From positions 4,160,001 to 4,224,000 of the forward strand of contig OY759353.1 in NCBI GenBank assembly GCA_963662315.1: a DNA stretch of 64,000 nucleotides, written 5' to 3'. Origin of the DNA: Geopsychrobacteraceae bacterium (GTDB taxonomy: Bacteria > Desulfobacterota > Desulfuromonadia > Desulfuromonadales > Geopsychrobacteraceae). Shown here one piece after another: positions 29,577-38,783 of this stretch (the stretch's first letter is position 1; the number at the start of each line of letters is the position of its first letter). Made by a program: the position numbers and the translations under genes. The notes under the pieces were generated by a model, which searched no databases, was not told where the DNA came from, and saw only the letters and a program-made list of their open reading frames with translations.

Positions 29577-30302
29577 ATGAAAAAAATTTCTGAAATCCTG
29601 TACCAGGATACCCTTCCCGGAGGTGCGCACTGGTCCATGCTGATGCGGCGTGGTACCAGCCTGCGTCTGATCGATGTCAACGGCGGTGCCAATGTGGCGA
29701 TGCTGTTTTATAACCCCCTCAATCTTTTCGAACGCTACAACGCGCCCGATACCCTCAAGTGTCAGCACACCTTCAAACTGACCGCCGGTCATTGCCTGTA
29801 CTCCGACATGGGGCGGATTTTCTGCTCGATTACCGAAGACAGTGTCGGCTGGCACGATACCGTCAGCGGTGACACCGACAAGGTCATGGTCGCTGAAAAA
29901 TGGGGAGAGAACCCCTATCAGGAGTACCGCAACGGCTGGACCCTGAACGGTCGCGACAGTTTCCTGGTTGAAGCCGGTAAGTACGGTATGGGCAAACGCG
30001 ACCTGATGGGTAATATCAACTGGTTCAGTAAGGTAGCGGTTGATGAGGACGGCACCATGACCTATGTCACGGGCAACAGCACCGCTGGCGACAGTGTGGT
30101 CTTACGTTTTGAGATGGACACCCTGGTGCTGCTGCATACCTGCCCCCATCCCCTCAACCCGGCTGCCGAGTACCCCAAGGCTCCGGTGACCTATCAGATC
30201 AGTACCGCTGCGGCGGTTGCTGACGATGACCTGTGCCGGACCTCGCGCCCGGAAAACGGTCGTGGGTTTGAAAATAACCGTCTCTATCATCTCGGTCTGT
30301 AG
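29577..30302 (+). CDS. cgdA: Carboxyguanidine deiminase subunit A (urea-carboxylase-associated protein 1, DUF1989)
   Basis: PGGAHWS, ERYNAPDTLK.QH, LYSDMGR, WHDT; the ATG at 29502 lies inside the riboswitch, so 29577 was chosen. Confidence 0.88.
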   Translation: MKKISEILYQDTLPGGAHWSMLMRRGTSLRLIDVNGGANVAMLFYNPLNLFERYNAPDTLKCQHTFKLTAGHCLYSDMGRIFCSITEDSVGWHDTVSGDTDKVMVAEKWGENPYQEYRNGWTLNGRDSFLVEAGKYGMGKRDLMGNINWFSKVAVDEDGTMTYVTGNSTAGDSVVLRFEMDTLVLLHTCPHPLNPAAEYPKAPVTYQISTAAAVADDDLCRTSRPENGRGFENNRLYHLGL

Positions 30303-30317
30303 GGGGAGGTAAACACC

Positions 30318-30971
30318 ATGATTAAGCAGAGTATTTACGCAGCAGAAAGCGCCGCCTGGCGCAAGGTTGTCCCCGCCGGTGATTACCTGATGGAGGTGGT
30401 CAAAAAAGGGCAGGTGGTCCGGATTCTCGATATGGAAGGGAACCAGGCCGCCGATACCATTTTTTATAACGCCAACGATCCCTCGGAACGCTACAGCGCC
30501 TTTAACACCATTCGCGAGCAGGGCAATATCTACTTAAGCGCCGGAACGACCCTGGTCTCCAACGATGGCAACCCGATGCTCGACATTATCGCCGATACCT
30601 GCGGTCGCCACGACACCCTGGGTGGTGCCTGCGCCACTGAATCGAACACGGTGCGCTACGCCCTGGAAAAGAAATGCATGCACGCCTGTCGCGACAGCTG
30701 GTTGCTGGCTCTGGCCGAAAACCCGCAGTACGGCATGGACAAGCGTGATATCCCCGAGAACATCAACTTCTTCATGAACGTTCCGGTAACCCCGGAAGGG
30801 GGCCTGACGTTCGAAGACGGCATCAGTGATGCCGGAAAGTATGTCGAACTGCAGGCGCACATGGATATCATCATTCTGGTCTCTAACTGTCCCCAGCTCA
30901 ATAACCCCTGCAACGCCTACAACCCGACCCCGGTGGAAATTCTGGTTTGGGATGGGGCTGTCGCAGCCTGA
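30318..30971 (+). CDS. cgdB: Carboxyguanidine deiminase subunit B (DUF1989)
   Basis: [41 protein letters not shown]. Confidence 0.9.
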   Translation: MIKQSIYAAESAAWRKVVPAGDYLMEVVKKGQVVRILDMEGNQAADTIFYNANDPSERYSAFNTIREQGNIYLSAGTTLVSNDGNPMLDIIADTCGRHDTLGGACATESNTVRYALEKKCMHACRDSWLLALAENPQYGMDKRDIPENINFFMNVPVTPEGGLTFEDGISDAGKYVELQAHMDIIILVSNCPQLNNPCNAYNPTPVEILVWDGAVAA

Positions 30972-30988
30972 CCCAAGGGGAGGAGACT

Positions 30989-33900
30989 ATGTTCAAAAAA
31001 GTTCTGGTCGCCAATCGTGGCGAGATTGCCTGCCGTATCATCCGTACCCTCAAGAAGATGGGGATTGTCGCGGTGGCCATCTATTCCGAAACTGACCGCC
31101 ATGCCGCCCATGTCAGCCTGGCCGATGAGGCTTACTGTGTCGGTCCGGCTGCTGCCGCTGAAAGTTATCTGAACGCGGCCAAGATTGTCGCTCTGTGCCA
31201 GGAGCACCAGGTTGAAGCGGTTCATCCCGGTTACGGCTTTTTAAGCGAGAATACCGATTTCGCCAGCAGGTTGGCCGCTGTCGGGGTGCGTTTTATCGGC
31301 CCCGACGCTGAGCAGATCCGCCAGTTCGGCCTCAAACATACCGCCCGCGATCTGGCCAAGACCAGCGGGGTGCCGTTATTGCCCGGTACTGAGCTGATTG
31401 AAGATCTGGATGAGGCTCTGGCTGCTGCGATCGGTATCGGTTATCCGGTTATGCTCAAGAGTACCGCCGGTGGCGGTGGCATCGGTCTGCAGCTGTGTTA
31501 TTCCCCTGAGGAACTCGCCGATAAATTTGCCAGCGTGCGCCGTTTAAGTCAGAACAACTTCAGCAACAGCGGCGTGTTTCTGGAAAAGTATGTCGCCCGC
31601 GCGCGTCATATTGAAGTGCAGATCTTTGGCGACGGCAAGGGGGAGGTGATTGCCCTGGGCGAACGGGACTGCTCCCTGCAGCGCCGCAACCAGAAGGTCA
31701 TCGAGGAAACCCCGGCACCGGGGATCAGCGATCTGCAGCGTTCCGAGCTGGCTGCCTATGCCGTGCAACTGGGGCGGGCCGTGAACTATGCCTCAGCCGG
31801 AACCGTCGAGTTTATCTACGATACCGCCAGCGATGCGGTCTACTTCCTTGAGGTCAACACTCGCCTGCAGGTTGAACATGGCGTGACCGAAGAAGTGTTC
31901 GGCGTTGACCTGGTGGAGTGGATGGTTCTGCAAGCCGCGGGGGAACTGCCAGTCTTATCCGCGATGGAGCTAAAGCCGCAGGGGGCAGCCATTGAAGTGC
32001 GTATCTATGCCGAAGATCCGGGCAAAGACTTTCAGCCTAGCTCTGGCACCCTGACTCACGTGGCATTCCCTGCCCAATGCCGGGTTGATGGTTGGGTTGC
32101 TACCGGCAGCGAGATTTCGCCGTTTTACGATCCGCTGCTCAGCAAATTGATCGTCAAGGGCGCGACCCGTGCCGCGGCGGTCGGCAAGCTCCAGCAGGTC
32201 CTGAAAGACAGCGCCATCTACGGTATCGAGACCAACCTGGCTTACTTGGCTCAAATCAGTACAACCGAGCTGTTCTGCGACGGGCAGGTCCACACCAAGG
32301 CCCTCGACGCATTGCCGTATCGTGCCAGCACCATCGACGTAGTGCTACCCGGTGCCCAGAGCAGCTTGCAGGATTACCCTGGGCGTCTCGGTTACTGGAA
32401 TGTTGGCGTCCCCCCAAGTGGTCCCATGGATCATTACTCCTTCCGCCTGCTCAATCGTATCGTCGGCAACGCCGAAGGGGCCTGCGGGCTGGAGATGACC
32501 CTGAACGGCCCGGTGCTCAGTTTTAACTGCGAGACGGTCATCGCACTGGGTGGTGCGCCGATGCGCGCCCTGCTCGATAGTGAACCGTTGCCCATGTGGC
32601 AGCCGGTCACCGTACGGCCGGGGCAGACCCTGGAACTGGCCGAGATCGACGGTCCTGGCCAGCGCAGCTACCTGGCGGTGCGCAACGGTTTTGATGCCCC
32701 CGATTATCTGGGCAGTAAGGCGACTTTCAGTCTGGGGCGCTTCGGTGGCCACGGCACTGCGGTGCTCAAGGCCGGGGATGTGCTGCGGATTGCCAGCGAA
32801 GGTGCCGTGACGCCGGTGGTGACCGGCTGTGCTGAAGGGTTGTTGCCCCAGCTGACCAACGACTGGACCCTCAAGGTTCTGTACGGTCCCCATGGGGCAC
32901 CCGATTTTTTCACCGACGAGGATATCGAAACCTTTTTTGCCACCGCCTACGAAGTCCATTTCAACAGTGCCCGCACCGGGGTCCGGCTGATCGGGCCGAA
33001 ACCGCACTGGGCGCGTGAGGATGGCGGCGAGGCCGGTTTGCATCCGTCCAACATTCATGATAACGCCTACGCCATCGGCACCATCGATTTTACCGGCGAC
33101 ATGCCGATTATCCTTGGTCCCGACGGGCCAAGCCTGGGCGGATTTGTCTGCCCGGCGACCATTATTCAAGCCGACCTGTGGAAGATCGGCCAGCTCAAAC
33201 CGGGCGACAAGGTGCGTTTCGTCCAGGTTTGTGAGGATGACGCCACGGCCTTACGCCACAAGCAGGATATGGCGTTAAAAGAACTGAAACCAGCCGCTGC
33301 GCAGATTGATATTATTGCTGGCCGATCCGTCACAGAAAGGGTGAGCCCGGTGCTGCGCAATGGTCAGGTCGGGGAGATCCGCACCTGCTACCGGCGCTGT
33401 GGTGACGACTATCTACTGGTCGAATTTGGCGAGCCGTTGCTCGATCTCAACCTGCGCTTCCGGGTCCACACCCTGCAGCAGTGGGTCGAAAAGCACAAGG
33501 TCGCCGGGATTATCGATCTGACTCCAGGGATTCGCTCCCTGCAGATTCACTACGACAGCCGCCTGCTGCCGTGTCGCAAGCTGATCGATATGCTGACCAG
33601 CGCCGAGCAGGAACTGCCGGCTATTGATGAGATCGTCGTGCCAAGCCGCACCGTGTATCTGCCCCTGTCATGGGATGATGAACAGACGCGCCTGGCGATC
33701 CGCAAGTACCAGGAACTGGTTTATCCCGAAGCGCCCTGGTGTCCGTCCAACATCGAGTTCATCCGCCGCATCAACGGCCTTGCCGATGAGCAGGCGGTCA
33801 AAGATGTGCTGTTTAACGCCGATTACATGGTCCTTGGCTTAGGGGATGTTTACCTTGGCGCACCGGTGGCGACACCCGTCGATCCGCGTCAGCGCCTGGT

Positions 33901-34600
33901 CACCACCAAGTACAACCCGGCCCGGACCTGGACCCCGGAGAATGCCGTTGGTATCGGTGGCGCTTACCTGTGTGTTTATGGCATGGAAGGCCCCGGCGGT
34001 TACCAGTTTGTCGGCCGCACCATCCAGATGTGGAACCGCTTCCGCTCTACCGACTGCTTCCCGCAGGGGAAACCGTGGCTGCTGGAATTTTTCGACCGTA
34101 TCCGTTTCTTCCCGGTTTCGGCCGAAGAACTGCTCGACGCGCGCGAACGCTTCCCCCATGGCGAATACCAGGTGCGTATCGAAGAGGAGCAGTTCAGCCT
34201 CAAGGACTACAACCAGTTCCTGCGTGATAACCATACTTCGATCGTCGCTGCCAAGCAGCACCAGCAAGCGTCATTTGAAGCGGAGCGTCAGCGCTGGAAA
34301 GAGATGGGGCTGGCCGAAGTGCTGGCCGAGCCCGATATCGCTCCCGAAGCCAGCGAGCCGGTCACTGCACCGCAAGGCTGTTTCCTGGCCCCGGCCCTGG
34401 TGCCGGGTAATGTCTGGCAGCTCAAGGTCAAGCCGGGCGACCGGGTCGAAGCTGGCGGGACCTTGCTGGTGGTCGAGTCGATGAAGATGGAACTGGACAT
34501 CAAGGCCCACAAAGGCGGCATCGTCCGCGAACTGTTGTGCCAGCCGGGACAAGCGCTACAGGCCGGACAACCGGTGGCTATTATTGAGGAGGTTGCCTGA
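30989..34600 (+). CDS. uca: Urea/guanidine carboxylase (biotin-dependent)
   Basis: ANRGEIA biotin carboxylase domain, carboxyltransferase domains, C-terminal ESMKME biotinylation motif. Confidence 0.95.
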   Translation: MFKKVLVANRGEIACRIIRTLKKMGIVAVAIYSETDRHAAHVSLADEAYCVGPAAAAESYLNAAKIVALCQEHQVEAVHPGYGFLSENTDFASRLAAVGVRFIGPDAEQIRQFGLKHTARDLAKTSGVPLLPGTELIEDLDEALAAAIGIGYPVMLKSTAGGGGIGLQLCYSPEELADKFASVRRLSQNNFSNSGVFLEKYVARARHIEVQIFGDGKGEVIALGERDCSLQRRNQKVIEETPAPGISDLQRSELAAYAVQLGRAVNYASAGTVEFIYDTASDAVYFLEVNTRLQVEHGVTEEVFGVDLVEWMVLQAAGELPVLSAMELKPQGAAIEVRIYAEDPGKDFQPSSGTLTHVAFPAQCRVDGWVATGSEISPFYDPLLSKLIVKGATRAAAVGKLQQVLKDSAIYGIETNLAYLAQISTTELFCDGQVHTKALDALPYRASTIDVVLPGAQSSLQDYPGRLGYWNVGVPPSGPMDHYSFRLLNRIVGNAEGACGLEMTLNGPVLSFNCETVIALGGAPMRALLDSEPLPMWQPVTVRPGQTLELAEIDGPGQRSYLAVRNGFDAPDYLGSKATFSLGRFGGHGTAVLKAGDVLRIASEGAVTPVVTGCAEGLLPQLTNDWTLKVLYGPHGAPDFFTDEDIETFFATAYEVHFNSARTGVRLIGPKPHWAREDGGEAGLHPSNIHDNAYAIGTIDFTGDMPIILGPDGPSLGGFVCPATIIQADLWKIGQLKPGDKVRFVQVCEDDATALRHKQDMALKELKPAAAQIDIIAGRSVTERVSPVLRNGQVGEIRTCYRRCGDDYLLVEFGEPLLDLNLRFRVHTLQQWVEKHKVAGIIDLTPGIRSLQIHYDSRLLPCRKLIDMLTSAEQELPAIDEIVVPSRTVYLPLSWDDEQTRLAIRKYQELVYPEAPWCPSNIEFIRRINGLADEQAVKDVLFNADYMVLGLGDVYLGAPVATPVDPRQRLVTTKYNPARTWTPENAVGIGGAYLCVYGMEGPGGYQFVGRTIQMWNRFRSTDCFPQGKPWLLEFFDRIRFFPVSAEELLDARERFPHGEYQVRIEEEQFSLKDYNQFLRDNHTSIVAAKQHQQASFEAERQRWKEMGLAEVLAEPDIAPEASEPVTAPQGCFLAPALVPGNVWQLKVKPGDRVEAGGTLLVVESMKMELDIKAHKGGIVRELLCQPGQALQAGQPVAIIEEVA

Positions 34601-36402
34601 TGACCATCACCAGTCTTGAAATTCCGGTGTTACGCGCCGCTTACCAGCAGGGTTTAAGCCCGGTAGAATTGGTCGAAGAAGTCCTGCGTCGCTGTGACAG
34701 CTATGCCGATCCGGCGGTATGGATCAGTCGCGCCAATCGCGAGCAGCTGTTGGCCCGTGCCACATGGTTGTACAAGCAGCCTGCGGGGGTGGAGACTTTG
34801 CCCTTGTACGGGATTCCCTTTGCCGTCAAGGACAACATCGACTGTCTCGGGTTTGCAACAACGGCGGCCTGTCCCGCTTACGCCTATCAGCCGCAGGCCG
34901 ATGCCTTTGCCGTCGCCCGCTTACTTGAGGCCGGGGCCATTTTGATTGGCAAGACCAACCTCGATCAGTTTGCCACCGGACTGGTCGGGACGCGTTCCCC
35001 TTATGGAGCGCCGCGCTGCGTGTTCAACAGCGACTATGTCTCCGGTGGTTCAAGCTCCGGTTCTGCCGTGGCGGTCGGGGCCGGGCTTGTCAGCTTTGCC
35101 CTGGGCACCGATACTGCCGGTTCAGGTCGGGTTCCGGCGGCCTTCAACAATTTGGTCGGAGTCAAACCGACCAAGGGGCTGGTCAGTGCCAGCGGCGTGG
35201 TTCCGGCCTGCCGTTCGGTGGACTGCGTGACCGTGTTTGCCGCCAGCTGTGGCGAAGGAGACCTGGTGCGCAGCATCATGGCCGCCGGGGATGACAGTGA
35301 TCCTTATTCTCGGGTCGCAAAGGCAAAATCCCTGCCGCAGGAAAGTTTCCGCTTTGGTTACTTGCCGCAAGAGCAGCGTGAGTTCTTTGGCGATAATGAA
35401 GCGGCCGAACTGTATGCCGCCAGCATTGATAAGTTAACCGCACTGGGCGGGGCAGGGGTGGCGATAGATTACCGTCCTTTCCAGCAGAGCGCTGCCTTGC
35501 TGTATGCCGGGCCCTGGGTCGCCGAACGGGCCGCAGCCATCGGTGATTTTCTGGCCGAGCATGGCGCGGATATGGACCCGACGGTGCGCACTATTGTCGC
35601 TGGGGCGACCAAAATCAGCGCGGTTGAAGCTTTTAAGGGAGAGTACCGCTTGCGCGAGCTGGAGAAGGTGTGCGCCAAGCAGTGGCAGGATATGGATATT
35701 ATGCTGTTACCGACAGCACCGACCACCTACACGGTGGCCGAGATCGCAGCTAATCCCATTGAACTGAACAGCCGCCTCGGCACCTACACCAACTTCGTCA
35801 ACTTGCTCGACTACTGCGCCATCGCCGTACCGGCCGGCTTTCGCGCCAGCAACGGTCTGCCGTTCGGCGTGACCCTGATGGCCCCGGCTTTCTGTGATGC
35901 CAGCCTGGCGGCCATTGCTGATCGTTTACATCGCAGCAATAGTGAAGCGCTGAAGGTTGGCGGCACCGATTATCCGTTGGCCGAAGCATCTAAAATATCG
36001 GTCACAGTTCCTGATGATCTGGTTCAGGTCGCTGTGGTTGGTGCGCATTTGAGCGGTCAACCGTTGAACTTCCAACTCACCAGTCGGGGTGGGGTGCTGC
36101 TTAAGACCACGCGCACAGCGAGCGACTACCGCCTCTATGCCTTGGCTGGCACCAAACCGGCCAAGCCCGGGTTGATACGTGATCCGCACTATGCAGGGAA
36201 GGGGCTGGAGGTTGAAGTCTGGAGCTTAAGCGCGGAAGCGTTCGGTGAATTCACCGCAGAAGTTCCCGCCCCCTTGGGAATCGGCAGTTTGACCCTGGTG
36301 GATGGTTCTACGGTCAAAGGGTTTATCTGTGAACCTTGGGCGATTGCTGATGCGACAGAGATTAGCGAGTTTGGTGGCTGGCGCAACTACATGGATGCTT
36401 AA
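34600..36402 (+). CDS. atzF: Allophanate hydrolase
   Basis: Amidase signature GGSSSGSA, GTDTAGSGRVPA; C-terminal VVGAHLSG...GGWR. Confidence 0.95.
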   Translation: MTITSLEIPVLRAAYQQGLSPVELVEEVLRRCDSYADPAVWISRANREQLLARATWLYKQPAGVETLPLYGIPFAVKDNIDCLGFATTAACPAYAYQPQADAFAVARLLEAGAILIGKTNLDQFATGLVGTRSPYGAPRCVFNSDYVSGGSSSGSAVAVGAGLVSFALGTDTAGSGRVPAAFNNLVGVKPTKGLVSASGVVPACRSVDCVTVFAASCGEGDLVRSIMAAGDDSDPYSRVAKAKSLPQESFRFGYLPQEQREFFGDNEAAELYAASIDKLTALGGAGVAIDYRPFQQSAALLYAGPWVAERAAAIGDFLAEHGADMDPTVRTIVAGATKISAVEAFKGEYRLRELEKVCAKQWQDMDIMLLPTAPTTYTVAEIAANPIELNSRLGTYTNFVNLLDYCAIAVPAGFRASNGLPFGVTLMAPAFCDASLAAIADRLHRSNSEALKVGGTDYPLAEASKISVTVPDDLVQVAVVGAHLSGQPLNFQLTSRGGVLLKTTRTASDYRLYALAGTKPAKPGLIRDPHYAGKGLEVEVWSLSAEAFGEFTAEVPAPLGIGSLTLVDGSTVKGFICEPWAIADATEISEFGGWRNYMDA

Positions 36403-36490
36403 AAACTATCTGCCTTGCACTTGCTGCCTCGAAAACGTTTTTTAACACCCATGTGGCATGGTGCATTTGTAATGGAAGGGAGAATTGACG

Positions 36491-36808
36491 ATGGGATGGG
36501 GCTATCTGTTCATTGCCGGTTTGTTTGAAGTGTTTTTTGCCACCTGCCTGAAAGCATCGGATAATTTCAGCCGTATCCTGCCAGATATCGGGGTGATTCT
36601 TGGTGCGGCGTTAAGCCTCTACTTCTTGTCCCGCGCCATGCAGACCATCCCCATGGGGACGGCTTATGCCGTATGGACCGGTATCGGTTCTGTCGGCGCT
36701 GTGTTTCTCGGGATCACCATGTATGGTGATCCCGTTAATATAGGGCGGATGTTTTTTCTGTCGGTGTTGATCTTTTCTTTGATTGGGTTGAAGTTTTATT
36801 CGGGGTGA
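36491..36808 (+). CDS. gdx: SMR-family exporter, Gdx/SugE type
   Basis: 4 TM, AGLFEV, IPMGTAYAVWTGIG; located in the guanidine cluster. Confidence 0.75.
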   Translation: MGWGYLFIAGLFEVFFATCLKASDNFSRILPDIGVILGAALSLYFLSRAMQTIPMGTAYAVWTGIGSVGAVFLGITMYGDPVNIGRMFFLSVLIFSLIGLKFYSG

Positions 36809-36887
36809 AAGACTGGAATATAAAAATCTTGTAATGATGCTTTATTAAGTGTATTTTTATAAGCATTGTTTTTCAGGAAATTAAATG

Positions 36888-36936
36888 AAAAGCCGTAATT
36901 TGTGAGATTGGGGATCTACAGATTGCGGCTTTTTTT
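36888..36936 (+). terminator. Rho-independent terminator
   Basis: AAAAGCCGTAAT...ATTGCGGCTTTTTTT. Confidence 0.7.
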
Positions 36937-37018
36937 GTTGCCGTGAATGCCCTGTGAAGAGAATCTGTCTCTTTTGTTTTTGATTAGTCATTTTTATTGA
37001 TGAAGCTTCTCAGCTAGC

Positions 37019-37116
37019 GCCTAACGCCCGTTCAAGCGGATGGAACAATGAGGTATTCGTATAATGCGGAGGACCTCGTAGGTCGCAGTGCCGCCATTTA
37101 GCTTCGTAAGTTATGC
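37019..37116 (+). other. Degenerate integron attC-like site
   Basis: GCCTAAC..GTTCAAGCGGATGG...CCGCCATTTAGC..GTTATGC; box spacings are non-canonical. Confidence 0.5.
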
Positions 37117-37201
37117 CTAAAGACCAATGAAACCATGAATAAGTTGCTTATCGTTTGCTTGGAAAACCGTTTCGTTTTGTGAGGGCAAAGGGACATATTG
37201 G

Positions 37202-38299
37202 ATGATTGCTGAGACCGATCTCAAGAAGATAAAGCCTACGTTGCCAACAGCTGCACCTTCGTTTGCTCATGTGCAGTCAGGTATTCCCGTCCCCAAACCG
37301 ATCCGCGTCAAAAATTTCAGCCCTGATGAATGGGAAGATTTTATCGAGGAATGGGCGACCAGCCTTGAGAGTGTGTATGTCAAAGTCCGCCGTTTCGGTG
37401 GGTCGGGAGATTGCGGTGTTGATGTCGCCGGATTTTGCACCGACAAGGGTTTTGAAGATAAGTGGGACAACTATCAATGCAAACGTTATGCACATCCGTT
37501 GCGACCAAGCGACATTTGGGTCGAGCTGGGTAAGATCATTTATTACTCGAGTATCGGCGAATATACGCCACCCCGAAAACATTATTTTGTGGCATCCCTT
37601 GGTGTTGGTACAACGTTAGAAAAACTTCTAAATAAGCCGAACGAGCTTTGTGAAAAATTCAAGGAAAATTGGGAAGGACACTGTAAAAGCGGAATCACCT
37701 CAACCAAGGAAATCGAGCTCAGCGGAAAGCTGCTCTCGTATGTAGATCTCTTTGATTTTACGATCTTCTCATCGAAGTCACACATCGAACTGATTGAAGC
37801 GCATAGCAATACCGGGTTTCACGCGGTCCGGTTTGGGGGCGGTCTGCCTGCGCGACCTAACCCCAACGCGCCTCCTGCCGCCCCTGCGGCATCCGAGAGC
37901 CGGTATATCCGTCAGCTCCTTGACGCCTATGGAGATCATTTAGGGTGTCCGATCCAAGATACAAGCGCACTAGTCGCGCACAACATGTTGGAAAAGGATT
38001 TCCGTAGACAACGCGAGCGCTTCTATCATGCCGAAGCGCTAAGAAACTTTGCCAGAGACACGGTGCCAGAAGGGACATTCGATGATCTTCAGGATGAGGT
38101 CTATCATGGCGTCGTAGACGTTACGGATTCCCCCCATCCCAACGGGTACGAAAGGATGAAAGCGACAGTGGTACAGGCATCATCTGTCGCTTTGACCGCA
38201 AATCCACTTTCGTCAGTGACTAAATCGCAGGACCGGCAGGGCATCTGCCACCAACTAGCGAATGAAGATCGTCTCAAATGGGTGATGGATGATGAATAG
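37202..38299 (+). CDS. Lamassu/ABC-3C effector: restriction-endonuclease-fold N-terminus plus CTD (LmuA-like)
   Basis: DEWEDF..., D.GVDV...YQCKRY PD-(D/E)xK-like motif; C-terminal GICHQLANE.RLKW. Confidence 0.8.
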   Translation: MIAETDLKKIKPTLPTAAPSFAHVQSGIPVPKPIRVKNFSPDEWEDFIEEWATSLESVYVKVRRFGGSGDCGVDVAGFCTDKGFEDKWDNYQCKRYAHPLRPSDIWVELGKIIYYSSIGEYTPPRKHYFVASLGVGTTLEKLLNKPNELCEKFKENWEGHCKSGITSTKEIELSGKLLSYVDLFDFTIFSSKSHIELIEAHSNTGFHAVRFGGGLPARPNPNAPPAAPAASESRYIRQLLDAYGDHLGCPIQDTSALVAHNMLEKDFRRQRERFYHAEALRNFARDTVPEGTFDDLQDEVYHGVVDVTDSPHPNGYERMKATVVQASSVALTANPLSSVTKSQDRQGICHQLANEDRLKWVMDDE

Positions 38300-38783
38300 G
38301 CACTCACGCACAGCGCCATTCAACAGTCCGCTGGAAACCGGTATCCGCTCCCTGGCCATTTTGGTCGCTGCCTATCCAGAGGCTTTCGACCTCGAAAGAC
38401 TGGTCGAAATGGATTATCTCGTCGTCCATTCCGGTGATGCCGATGGTCCTGAAAGCCTTCACGCTGCCCTGCCTATGAGGGTAGGAGAATTGCTTGTTAG
38501 ACGCGGGCTGATTGAAAATGGCCTTCTATTGATGGCGAGCCGGAACCTCATACAGCGGATACCCGCAGAAGGTGGTTTCGACTACATCGCTGGAGACGCG
38601 GCTGCGCCGTTTTTTGCCTCACTTACAGCTACCTATTCTCAGAGGCTCAAGGAGCGGGCGCTATGGGCGGTAAAGCGGTTTGCAGGTGTGGCAACATCGG
38701 ATATTCGACAAATCACGCACCGGCTGTTTGAGAATTGGTCAAGCCAGTTCCAGGTCATAGATAGACCGAGAGGGAATCAATGA
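38289..38783 (+). CDS. ABC-3C middle component (LmuC/MC2-like)
   Basis: FNSPLETGIR, DYLVVHSGD..GPESLH, GELLVRR; translationally coupled. Confidence 0.82.
   Translation: MMNRHSRTAPFNSPLETGIRSLAILVAAYPEAFDLERLVEMDYLVVHSGDADGPESLHAALPMRVGELLVRRGLIENGLLLMASRNLIQRIPAEGGFDYIAGDAAAPFFASLTATYSQRLKERALWAVKRFAGVATSDIRQITHRLFENWSSQFQVIDRPRGNQ

Noticed and set aside
36454..36470. Sigma54 promoter before gdx (TGGCAT...)
   Set aside because: No GC at the -12 position
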